Positions 19,379-28,095 of a stretch of DNA of 64,000 nt are shown piece after piece. The notes below the pieces were generated by a model that was not told where the DNA came from, did no database searches, and saw only the letters and a program-made list of their open reading frames with translations. The translations under genes were made by a program, and so were the position numbers. The stretch is from a virus (lineage: Duplodnaviria > Caudoviricetes). The stretch spans positions 3,032 through 67,031 of the IMG/VR virus record IMGVR_UViG_3300021399_000157, one strand, 5' to 3'. Every line of letters begins with the position of its first letter. The stretch's first letter is position 1.

Positions 19379-19615
19379 TTATTTAACATTAATACCTTTA
19401 ATCATTGCATCCCATTGCTCTCTTTGTTGCTCATTAAATCCTCCTGTTATCTTATTTAGGTATTCATTAGGATTTACATTATCTTGTTTTGCTTTTTGAT
19501 ACTCTTGGTATGCTTGTGGATTTATTCTCTTTAGTTGTTGTTCTAGTTGGTTTGTCATCTTCTGTGTAGTTCCCATCATCATTTGTTTCATCATCATTTG
19601 CAACATATTGTTCAT
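19379..19615 (-). CDS. Met/Gln-rich small protein
   Basis: MNNMLQMMMKQMMM N-terminus, NPNEYL motif; overlaps upstream gene. Confidence 0.6.
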   Translation of the reverse strand: MNNMLQMMMKQMMMGTTQKMTNQLEQQLKRINPQAYQEYQKAKQDNVNPNEYLNKITGGFNEQQREQWDAMIKGINVK

Positions 19616-19985
19616 TGTTTATCTTCTCCTTTAGTTCCTCTATTTGACCCATCAAAAACTCTATTTGAAGGTCTTTTTCATCTTTAGGTACTATTTCATT
19701 AAGTTCATATGTTTTGATTAATCCTGAAGTGTTTTTGACCCATACAATGCTCATATCTTTACTAAAGTATGGTGTATCACCTATTACCATATCCTTTTGT
19801 ACCTCTTCTATTGATGATGCATACTTAATTGCATCTCTATTTGTTGGTGCTATTTGAAAATTTTGTGTAAGACTAGTTGGTGGATTAATAGGTTGTTGTA
19901 TTTGACTTTTCATCTTTTCTAGTTCTGCTATTTGGTTATTAATCCTATCTAGACTTACCTGTGGATTGTATATTTGGTTATACAT
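19479..19985 (-). CDS. Gln/Asn/Pro-rich protein, first gene of the cassette
   Basis: RBS GGAGG; TPYFSKDMSIVWVKNTSG..KTYEL domain. Confidence 0.65.
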   Translation of the reverse strand: MYNQIYNPQVSLDRINNQIAELEKMKSQIQQPINPPTSLTQNFQIAPTNRDAIKYASSIEEVQKDMVIGDTPYFSKDMSIVWVKNTSGLIKTYELNEIVPKDEKDLQIEFLMGQIEELKEKINNEQYVANDDETNDDGNYTEDDKPTRTTTKENKSTSIPRVSKSKTR

Positions 19986-20112
19986 ATTTACCTCCTAATT
20001 GAAAAAAGAGATACTATCCACTGCTTTTTAAACAATCTCTAGTTCCCTCCTTCCAAGTAAATTATTGCATAAAAAAAGAACCTGATTTCACCAAGTTCCT
20101 GTCTATATTACA

Positions 20113-20307
20113 TCAAATTACCTTCATTATCTTTTTCTTTAGTTTTCTTATTCTTCTATCTATTGTGCTTGTACTAGTGTGTAGTTCTAATGCCATTTTA
20201 GTAATTGAATATCCTTTTATCTTCATCTCTAGTATCTTTGATAGTTCTTCATTTAACATTGCTCTTTCTTTAATTAGTTCATACTCTTCTTTTGTAAAAT
20301 CAAACAT
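20113..20307 (-). CDS. Small HTH regulator (LuxR/sigma region 4-like)
   Basis: GYSITKMALELHTSTSTIDRRIRKLKKKI. Confidence 0.75.
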   Translation of the reverse strand: MFDFTKEEYELIKERAMLNEELSKILEMKIKGYSITKMALELHTSTSTIDRRIRKLKKKIMKVI

Positions 20308-20388
20308 TACATATACCTACCACAAGATTTGCATCTTCTTTTGCCATTCTTACCTTTGGTAGTTTTTGACTTTCTATATTTAACTCTT

Positions 20389-20703
20389 TTAGTTACCTTG
20401 ATATGTGCCATTGTTATCTCCACCTATATAGTTATTACTTCCTTCTGCATCCATATCTACTGATGTTTCTTCAATTCCCATATCATTTAGAGTATAAACT
20501 AAATATCCAAATGTAACTGCTAATAATAATATTGCCATTACTGATATGATAAACAATCTTTTGTTTTGTTTCTTATAATCCTTTAACATATCCATTGCTA
20601 TGCTCTCTTGCTTTATTCCATCTAACTCTTGTTGTAAGTAATATACATCATCTTTTAATCTCATCTTATTCCCCTTCTCTATGATAAATCTTAATATGTT
20701 CAT
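20389..20703 (-). CDS. Single-TM membrane protein
   Basis: LFIISVMAILLLAVTFGYLVY segment; true start probably slightly downstream. Confidence 0.55.
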   Translation of the reverse strand: MNILRFIIEKGNKMRLKDDVYYLQQELDGIKQESIAMDMLKDYKKQNKRLFIISVMAILLLAVTFGYLVYTLNDMGIEETSVDMDAEGSNNYIGGDNNGTYQGN

Positions 20704-20944
20704 TCATTGCTTTTGATACTCTTTCATCTATCTCTTTATCATAATTATCTAATATATCTAATATCTTATCTAATTTCTTTTCTACTTGAGTTAGTCTATA
20801 GTCTATCAATTGTTGATTTGCACTCTCTTTATCCTTTTCTTTTACATCTGTAATGTTTTCTTTCTTTCTTGCATAATAAAAATTAAATACATTCAATGCT
20901 ATTCCTAATATACTTATTGCTAGTGCTAGTGTTATTGTTTCCAT
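20666..20944 (-). CDS. N-terminal TM plus coiled-coil protein (holin/XhlA-like architecture)
   Basis: ITLALAISILGIALNVF then RLTQVEKKLDKI. Confidence 0.55.
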   Translation of the reverse strand: METITLALAISILGIALNVFNFYYARKKENITDVKEKDKESANQQLIDYRLTQVEKKLDKILDILDNYDKEIDERVSKAMNEHIKIYHREGE

Positions 20945-21013
20945 ATGTCATTACCTCTCTTTAAGTATATCACAATTGTGTAGTTGTGTAAAATTGCAGA
21001 AGAAAAGGTGATG

Positions 21014-21214
21014 TTACTCACCTAATCCTTTGATGGTATGATAATGTTGGTCTGTACTATGTGGTTCAAATCCTTGTTCCCTGATGTATTCTATAAAGTT
21101 ATGATACTCTTCAACTGATACATCCTTCCAAACATCTAGTGTTAAATCCTTAAATGTAAAACTCATAATCACTTTACCATCATCATCTAACCATTGATAA
21201 CCTTTTAAACTCAT
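21014..21214 (-). CDS. Hypothetical protein (moron, second gene)
   Basis: 66 aa with RBS AGGAGA. Confidence 0.55.
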   Translation of the reverse strand: MSLKGYQWLDDDGKVIMSFTFKDLTLDVWKDVSVEEYHNFIEYIREQGFEPHSTDQHYHTIKGLGE

Positions 21215-21227
21215 ATTCCATTCTCCT

Positions 21228-21635
21228 TTACATTAATCTTCTTCTTGCACCTGTAAGAGTTAGTTCATTCCTACTAGGTAAATTGCTTCCATTGTGTCTA
21301 ATCCCTCTTGCTAGTTCCATATCAATATACCTTTGATATCTATCTAGGATGCTTTGTGGTACTTCTATACCATACTCTTTACATCTGTCTAATGCCCATT
21401 GTGTAGCATAATACTCTTGCTCACATCTTCTCATCTTTGAATTGTTATTCTCACAATGACCAATCTCGTGTAACAACTCAAATGTTGCTAGGACACTATT
21501 CTTTGGATGCCACTTACATATCCTTCTTTCTCTTGGATGAATATGCATCCTACTTCTGCAAGTTGAATGTTCATCAATAGTAACTTTGTACTTACTGATA
21601 ATCTCATCTTGCAATTGCTTATGTGTTTTACTCAT
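21228..21635 (-). CDS. Zincin (HExxH) metallopeptidase-like protein
   Basis: LLHEIGH...EQEYYA motif. Confidence 0.7.
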   Translation of the reverse strand: MSKTHKQLQDEIISKYKVTIDEHSTCRSRMHIHPRERRICKWHPKNSVLATFELLHEIGHCENNNSKMRRCEQEYYATQWALDRCKEYGIEVPQSILDRYQRYIDMELARGIRHNGSNLPSRNELTLTGARRRLM

Positions 21636-21709
21636 AATCCTTGCCTCCTTATTAAATTTTCAAACAACACCATAAGACTAGGGCATTATATCCCTCATCT
21701 TATACTACC

Positions 21710-21738
21710 ATTATATTATAATATTATATATAAATCAA
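21710..21738 (-). promoter_or_regulatory. Sigma70-type promoter of the zincin moron
   Basis: TTGATT-17 bp-TATAAT. Confidence 0.7.
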
Positions 21739-21794
21739 GAAAAATTAATTATTGGTACTAATAAATGTTATTATAATACACTTTTGTTTCAATC

Positions 21795-21819
21795 AAAAAA
21801 GACCCTCATCAGGTCTTTT
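21795..21819 (-). terminator. Intrinsic terminator after minor capsid gene
   Basis: AAAAAAGACC-ctcatca-GGTCTTTT on plus. Confidence 0.65.
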
Positions 21820-21916
21820 GCAAGGATAAGGTTTCCTTGTACATAAGTAAAAATGGAATATTGCTAATATCTTAATTAGCAACTTAAGTATATCATAATA
21901 TGTAGATTGGTGCAAA

Positions 21917-23119
21917 TCACCTTAATCTATCGTATTTCATCTTAAGTCCACTAACTCTAGATAAGTCTTGATACTTCTTGTTAAGTTGTTTTAACTTGAT
22001 GTTACTCTTTATTACTTGTTCTTCATTATCACTTGCTTTTGCTATTGCTAGAGTGTCTTTAGTCTTTCTTATCTCTGTTTCTATTCTTCTTTGTAATTGT
22101 GTACCTTGATAATTAGTATAATGTACTCCATCAAACTCAAATCCTTTTTGATTTTGTTCAATGATGTCTTTTAGTTCTTCTTTAGAATAGTTAGGTTTAC
22201 TAACACCTAATACTATAGCAAATGTGTAATGATAGCAGTTATATTCTCCTATTGGTCTATGTGATAGACTACTTTTACCACTTGCTAGTTCTAAATGCAT
22301 ATCTATCTCTTCTCCATCATATGATTTAGCAACACCTGTTTCTTGCAACTTCTCATACTCTTCGTTAGAAAATTGTTTACCTTGTGCTTCTTGATGGTCA
22401 GGTGCAGGATTAAAATGTACACTTATTTCAACACCATCTGCATCAAACTCTTTACCTAATTGGTTTTGCATCTCTTCGTGCATATGTGTTAATCCACCTT
22501 TTAGGTTCATTCTTACTGCACTATCCATCCTTATGCTTCTACCACTATCATAATCTACACTTCTTATACCACTATCTCCTAGTTCTTTAATGGTCTTTCT
22601 CATAGCACTATCAAAATTTTGTTTACCTTGTCCAACATTTATTATTGCTTCATCTATTACATCTTGATAGGTTTCTGCTAGTGATGTGTATTCAATCTTA
22701 CCATTTACTACTCTTGCAAATGCTCTAGTTTTAGAAATATTTATATATTCTTTAGCAGTTATCTCTGCAAGTGCCTTTATTTGCCTCTTAAGTGCCTCAT
22801 TTTGCTCAAAAGGGATGTACTTAATAGATTTATACTCATAGAATTGTTTTGCAAATCTATAGTCGTTTTTTGCCACCTCTTCAAATATCTTATAAATATC
22901 CTTAACATTTAGTTCTGTTATTTCTGCTAATCTTTTAGCAATCTTATCATATCTACCACCATATTTTAGGATTTGTGCTAGTTCTTGTGCTTGTGATGGT
23001 GTTATTTCACCAAACTCTTTAATAGTTGCACCTATCTCTTCTAGTACATATTCATTACCTTTTTCTATTCTTCTAACTAATCTTTCTACTACTTTATCAA
23101 TTAGTTCTTCACTTAACAT
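21917..23119 (-). CDS. Minor capsid protein (MuF/A118 gp4-like)
   Basis: DSAVRMNL, EISVHFNPAPDHQEAQGK, YNCYH, QRRIETEIRKTK. Confidence 0.85.
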   Translation of the reverse strand: MLSEELIDKVVERLVRRIEKGNEYVLEEIGATIKEFGEITPSQAQELAQILKYGGRYDKIAKRLAEITELNVKDIYKIFEEVAKNDYRFAKQFYEYKSIKYIPFEQNEALKRQIKALAEITAKEYINISKTRAFARVVNGKIEYTSLAETYQDVIDEAIINVGQGKQNFDSAMRKTIKELGDSGIRSVDYDSGRSIRMDSAVRMNLKGGLTHMHEEMQNQLGKEFDADGVEISVHFNPAPDHQEAQGKQFSNEEYEKLQETGVAKSYDGEEIDMHLELASGKSSLSHRPIGEYNCYHYTFAIVLGVSKPNYSKEELKDIIEQNQKGFEFDGVHYTNYQGTQLQRRIETEIRKTKDTLAIAKASDNEEQVIKSNIKLKQLNKKYQDLSRVSGLKMKYDRLR

Positions 23120-23132
23120 AGGATTTTACCTC

Positions 23133-24500
23133 CTATTCTTGCTCTTCTTCCTCTTCAGGTTGTTCTTCTCTTGCTACATTATTAGGTTCATTAGTTCCTA
23201 ATAAATCATCTATATCAGGATTTGCTTCTTTAATCTCTTTAACCTTCTCTTCACTTTCTTCCATTGTTTCATCAGGTTTTATCCAATTTCTTAATTCTGC
23301 ATCACTTATTACTTGTTGTGCATATCCTTGTAATAGATGTGCAAACTCTTCATTTGTATCTTCTAGTAATGTATAACTCCAATCAAATGATACTTCATAA
23401 TCACCTTGTGGTGATAGATTATATGCATTTGCTAGTACATTACAAGCATAAAAGAAATCATCTAATCCTTTTTCTATACTACTTCTCATATCATCTACTA
23501 TTGTAAATGTATCATACATTGCTCTTCTTATTTCAGTTGCAGTTGCATTTTGTGTATTTATTTCACTTATTATTCCTGCACTAGTTCCTATCTCGTGTTC
23601 TAATCTTCTATATAGTTCTTGTAATCTCATTGTATAATCTCTAAATTGAGGGTCAAATACTTCAAAGAAACTATCTATACCACTATCTATCTTTTTAAAT
23701 AATCCATTTTGTGGTAATGCATCTTTACCATTAAACATTGTTACATCTGCACCAACAAATGCCTCTTTTAGTTCATACTCTCTTAATAGTTGTTTCATTG
23801 TTTCTTTAACTTCTAGGATTGTTGCATCACATCCATAAGTTATAGGTACTCCATATTTATCGTTTGTTCTTCTGTTATTGATAGGTGATTTAATATATCC
23901 AAATAAACATCTATCACAATTTGTTATTGTTCTTACTTCTTGAATATTTTGCCAAAAATCAGGTGTAGGTATCTTATTACCATTATCATCTGTATATTGT
24001 TGTGTCATTACCATATCACCATTATCTTGTAATTGGTAATTAGTCCATCTTAAATATACTTTTTTAGATATTGTACCTTGTATTACTTTTCTTTCTGCTA
24101 ATATAGTTGCACCTGTTATTAGTTCTCCATCCATATTATCTATAGTCATTCTATTTTGTGGTACTAGATTATAGTATATCTTACCACCTTTTACATATGG
24201 TACTATTACAAGTCCACCATATCCAAATGCCATTGATGTAAACTTTTTTGCTTTCTTCCACATTGATTGACCTGTTTGATTAAGTAGTTCTACTCTTTTG
24301 TTTTCACCTAATACATTCATTACACTATCATTAACAACATAATTTGCTAACTTATTACTAAAGATAGCATTAAAGTTTATATCATCTATCTTTTCATACT
24401 CTAATGCATATTTAGAGTTATCATCTATTTCTTTTTCAGTTGTTTGAGTTGTGATTTTAAACACATTCGTTAAAATCCATATCCATATATTTTTAAACAT
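23133..24500 (-). CDS. Portal protein (A118/SPP1-like)
   Basis: 455 aa between terminase and minor capsid; ATATEI motif. Confidence 0.8.
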   Translation of the reverse strand: MFKNIWIWILTNVFKITTQTTEKEIDDNSKYALEYEKIDDINFNAIFSNKLANYVVNDSVMNVLGENKRVELLNQTGQSMWKKAKKFTSMAFGYGGLVIVPYVKGGKIYYNLVPQNRMTIDNMDGELITGATILAERKVIQGTISKKVYLRWTNYQLQDNGDMVMTQQYTDDNGNKIPTPDFWQNIQEVRTITNCDRCLFGYIKSPINNRRTNDKYGVPITYGCDATILEVKETMKQLLREYELKEAFVGADVTMFNGKDALPQNGLFKKIDSGIDSFFEVFDPQFRDYTMRLQELYRRLEHEIGTSAGIISEINTQNATATEIRRAMYDTFTIVDDMRSSIEKGLDDFFYACNVLANAYNLSPQGDYEVSFDWSYTLLEDTNEEFAHLLQGYAQQVISDAELRNWIKPDETMEESEEKVKEIKEANPDIDDLLGTNEPNNVAREEQPEEEEEQE

Positions 24501-24501
24501 C

Positions 24502-26040
24502 CTATTGTCCTCTCTTCTTCCATATATTATTTAATGCATAGCGTGTGGCATCTATGCAATGGTTGTTTGCATCCACATATCCACTTATGTAATTGTCATC
24601 TTTATCCTTTTCATATTCATATGTACTAAACTCTTCAGTTGCTTCAGGGCATCTTTTAGGGTCTATAACTATTTTTGCTAATGCACTTAACCACTTCATA
24701 GAATATTCAACACTTCCTGCACCTTTTTCTGCACCTCTCATAGAAGCACCATAACTTCTAAAATCTCCTATTGATTTAGGTTCTGCACTATCACTTATAA
24801 TCATATCATTCTCTGTAACTCCCTTTAGGTTCTTTAAATCCTCCCATACATCTGCATTACTTTTCTTATTTACCACATACTCATCAAATATATATAAAGT
24901 CCTAGTTGATGGATTAAACGAACACTTTATCCAAGCAAGAGGGTCAGGAAACCATCCAAAGTCCATTCCCATATAAATATAATCAAAGTTCTCTATCTCT
25001 TTATCAGTTATTTCTCTTAACTCTATATTTTCAAATACTTGACCACCTACACCTGTCATTAATCCTAGATATTCATTCTCATATAACTTCTCATTGATGC
25101 TCTTTAGAAATTCTGCTTCATCTATAAATGCTTGACCTAACCACTTTTTAGGTACTGCTCTATAATCACTTAAGTGTACTAGTCTAGTATCTTTTGGTAT
25201 TAACTTCTCTATATTTACAAAGTGTTGTGTACTTGCAGGTGTATTATATGAATAGAATTGAATAAAATCATCTCCACCTCTTATTAAGGATTGATTTATT
25301 TTTCTTGTTTCATTCATTCCTGCAAATTGGTCAAACTCTTCATACCAAGTTATACCAACATACATATCTTTTGGTGTCTTTAATGATTTAATCTTTCCAT
25401 AATCATCTGCACCTCTAAAGTATATCTTTTGACCTGTACTTAATTTAGTTATCTCTAAAGGTGATTTAGTAAACTTATAATCCTCTTTAATATGTGGATA
25501 TGTTTCTCCTAGTGTATCTACTGCCCATTCTAATTGACTAAATACACTATCCTTTAATGTATCTTTAACTTTTCTTAATACAACACAACACATTTTAGGA
25601 TTTTGTTCTAGTAGTTCAATTATCTTTTCACTTATAAAAGATGATTTGGTACTACCTCTTCCACCTTCTAGATAAAACTCTCTATAATCTCTATCATCTA
25701 TTGCTCTATTTACATCTGCAAAACTAGATGCTATATCTTTAGCAGGTAATACAACATATACTTCTTGCTTCTGTTCATCGTGGTCTTTCTTATCCATTAA
25801 ATCTTGTATTATTTGATAGTTCTTACTACTACCACTTACTGCACCTTTTATTAATCCTAAAGTTGCTAACTCTTGATATGTCTTACCACTTTTTTGCTCT
25901 GTTTGATTTAATAGCATCTCTAGGTCTTGTATCATAGTTCTTTTTCTTCTTCTTGCTTCTCCTGATGCTATTCCACCTTTCTTCGCTTCCTCTTCAGTTA
26001 ATTTGTGTCCTTGAGGTATTAGGTTTTGTTCGTTTGCCAT
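24502..26040 (-). CDS. terL: Terminase large subunit (PBSX-like) with N-terminal TerS-like KGG extension
   Basis: Walker A GGRGSTKS, Walker B WYEE, nuclease GMDFG and NHCIDATRYA; N-terminal MANEQNLIP...AKKGGIASGEARRRKR. Confidence 0.92.
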   Translation of the reverse strand: MANEQNLIPQGHKLTEEEAKKGGIASGEARRRKRTMIQDLEMLLNQTEQKSGKTYQELATLGLIKGAVSGSSKNYQIIQDLMDKKDHDEQKQEVYVVLPAKDIASSFADVNRAIDDRDYREFYLEGGRGSTKSSFISEKIIELLEQNPKMCCVVLRKVKDTLKDSVFSQLEWAVDTLGETYPHIKEDYKFTKSPLEITKLSTGQKIYFRGADDYGKIKSLKTPKDMYVGITWYEEFDQFAGMNETRKINQSLIRGGDDFIQFYSYNTPASTQHFVNIEKLIPKDTRLVHLSDYRAVPKKWLGQAFIDEAEFLKSINEKLYENEYLGLMTGVGGQVFENIELREITDKEIENFDYIYMGMDFGWFPDPLAWIKCSFNPSTRTLYIFDEYVVNKKSNADVWEDLKNLKGVTENDMIISDSAEPKSIGDFRSYGASMRGAEKGAGSVEYSMKWLSALAKIVIDPKRCPEATEEFSTYEYEKDKDDNYISGYVDANNHCIDATRYALNNIWKKRGQ

Positions 26041-26053
26041 TCCATCACCTCCT

Positions 26054-26153
26054 TACTTTATTATAAGTACTATAGAATAGATATACATCAAAATCCAATT
26101 GCGAATATGCTCTTAATTTATATATCTACTCTATGCTACCTATAATGTAGCAT
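26054..26153 (-). ncRNA. Structured non-coding element, family copy 1
   Basis: TAGAATAGATATA / TATATCTACTCTA arms, GTAC and GCTAC flanks, flanking mini-hairpins. Confidence 0.55.
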
Positions 26154-26186
26154 TTCCATTAAAACTTTTTATTCCATAAGTGTCTC

Positions 26187-26486
26187 TTATTTTCTTTTCT
26201 TATTTTCTTTTTCCCATTCACTATATGTAAAACTATCCCATTTTGAATGTGTTGCACCTGATTTACTTACAGGTGGTTTTTTATATTTTTCTTCAAATCT
26301 ATCTACTAGATTATCCACATTATCTTGCCACCAACTACCATAGTCTGCTACATTTTCATTATCATAGTAACTTTCTTCTTCAGGTTCTTTTGCTTTTGCT
26401 ACTGCTTTCTTGCTTGTTTTTTGTATCTTACCTTTGCTACTTGATGCACCTCTTCCACCAAATAATTGTATATTTAACTCTAACAT
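26187..26486 (-). CDS. FGGRG-leader protein 5 (unknown function)
   Basis: Starts MLELNIQLFGGRGASSS. Confidence 0.75.
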   Translation of the reverse strand: MLELNIQLFGGRGASSSKGKIQKTSKKAVAKAKEPEEESYYDNENVADYGSWWQDNVDNLVDRFEEKYKKPPVSKSGATHSKWDSFTYSEWEKENKKRK

Positions 26487-27148
26487 TATTTTAACCTCAC
26501 TTTCACATATATATTACCATTCTTACTCCCTACACTCTCAACTTTATACTTTTGATTTCTTGCAAGTAATACCTCTTTTTGTGGGTCTCTTGCTTCTACC
26601 TCTCTTATCCTTTTAGTAGGTTTCTTCATTATATCCAATCCTCTAGTCTTTTTATTTGTATGTATTTCCATAATGATTGGTTTTGTACTACCAAAAAAGT
26701 ATTTGTTATTTTCTGCTATTCCTAAACTCTTTGTTGTACTCATAAATCCTTTTTCTGTATGGTCTTTATTAATGGCATTGTTTATCCTGTTATTTACTTG
26801 TTTTGCTATACCTTGTGAATATGCACCATTTCCTTTTGAATAAACTCCATATACTAGTTCTTCTACCATATTTGCATATTCACCATCTGTCATATTTCCA
26901 AATATTGCACTTGCATCTGTGGTTCTATATAATATTTCATCCTTTATTTTGTCATTAGTAAGTATATCTAGTTCTTTTAAATATACTTTATCATCATCAG
27001 TAAAGTCTATCTCATCATCTAATCCTCTTAAGTAGTTATTTATCCACATTCCTTGACCACTTACATAATATTCTAAAGACATATCATAGTTGCCTGTTGA
27101 TGATGTAGCACCTCTGCCTCCAAATAGTTGTATATTAAGTTTTAGCAT
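26486..27148 (-). CDS. FGGRG-leader protein 4: R-S-E clade (VIP2/C3-like) ADP-ribosyltransferase
   Basis: MLKLNIQLFGGRGATSS; INNYLRG, LYRTT, GFMSTT, QKEVLLARN. Confidence 0.85.
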   Translation of the reverse strand: MLKLNIQLFGGRGATSSTGNYDMSLEYYVSGQGMWINNYLRGLDDEIDFTDDDKVYLKELDILTNDKIKDEILYRTTDASAIFGNMTDGEYANMVEELVYGVYSKGNGAYSQGIAKQVNNRINNAINKDHTEKGFMSTTKSLGIAENNKYFFGSTKPIIMEIHTNKKTRGLDIMKKPTKRIREVEARDPQKEVLLARNQKYKVESVGSKNGNIYVKVRLK

Positions 27149-27157
27149 ATATACCTC

Positions 27158-27706
27158 CTAAATCATCTTAACTCTTTTGTTATCAAACACTATATATTCT
27201 CTTTCTTTACCTTGTACATTTAATTTTGCTATTACTACATCATACTTTTTACTTTTAGCAATTTTCTTCAAATCTATATTACCCTTCATTAATTGGTGGT
27301 TCCCTATTTGTTGCCATCTTTTCATATTTTGTATAAATGCTTCTTCTCCATCTAACTTACCTATAGGACTTGCATATTTATATAACTCTTTAAAATCTTT
27401 TACTTTTGCAAAATCCAATGGTTTATTTACATTTATTTTAGCATTATAAACTCTACCTTTTGCACCTTTTTTATCAAAAAACATACTATCTGTTTCTATT
27501 CTTTCATAACTAAAATCATCTGCAAATTGTTTGCTATCTGTAAAATAAATACCATATTCACCTGATGATGTATTTAATCCTGATAAAGATATATCAAAAC
27601 TTTCTATGTTAGCATTTGGACTTCCGTGATATAATGTTCTTTTTATTATGCTATTACTAAAACTTGCACCCCTACCTCCAAATCTTTGGATATCTAAATC
27701 TAACAT
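27158..27706 (-). CDS. FGGRG-leader protein 3: H-Y-E clade ADP-ribosyltransferase-like (ART-PolyVal-like)
   Basis: MLDLDIQRFGGRGASFS; LYHGS, GIYFT, EYIVFD. Confidence 0.7.
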   Translation of the reverse strand: MLDLDIQRFGGRGASFSNSIIKRTLYHGSPNANIESFDISLSGLNTSSGEYGIYFTDSKQFADDFSYERIETDSMFFDKKGAKGRVYNAKINVNKPLDFAKVKDFKELYKYASPIGKLDGEEAFIQNMKRWQQIGNHQLMKGNIDLKKIAKSKKYDVVIAKLNVQGKEREYIVFDNKRVKMI

Positions 27707-27708
27707 AT

Positions 27709-28095
27709 CTATCTACCTATTGCTTTCAATATTTGTTTTTTTCTTTCATCTATTATGTTTTTAGCATTTGCTATTGCTTCTTTTCTAGTTGAACCTGTTG
27801 TTATCATTGCCCCATTTGTTTCATTATTTGTTCTTACTACTGCTACATATTTACTACTACCTGCCCTACCTAAATATGGTCTGTTTTTTGCATATGCTTC
27901 TTGTTCACTATTGAATACACCAACATCTATTGTTTTATATCTAAAAGTAACACCCTTTACTTCTATATCTTCTCTTCTACCATCCTCATCCATATTTCTT
28001 GTTGCAGTTGTAAAAGTTGCACTTTTAGGTTCTGTATCTGCATTGCTACTACTAGAACCTCTGCCTCCAAACATTTGAATGTCTAGTTTAATCAT
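27709..28095 (-). CDS. FGGRG-leader protein 2 (unknown function)
   Basis: Starts MIKLDIQMFGGRGSSSS. Confidence 0.75.
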   Translation of the reverse strand: MIKLDIQMFGGRGSSSSNADTEPKSATFTTATRNMDEDGRREDIEVKGVTFRYKTIDVGVFNSEQEAYAKNRPYLGRAGSSKYVAVVRTNNETNGAMITTGSTRKEAIANAKNIIDERKKQILKAIGR

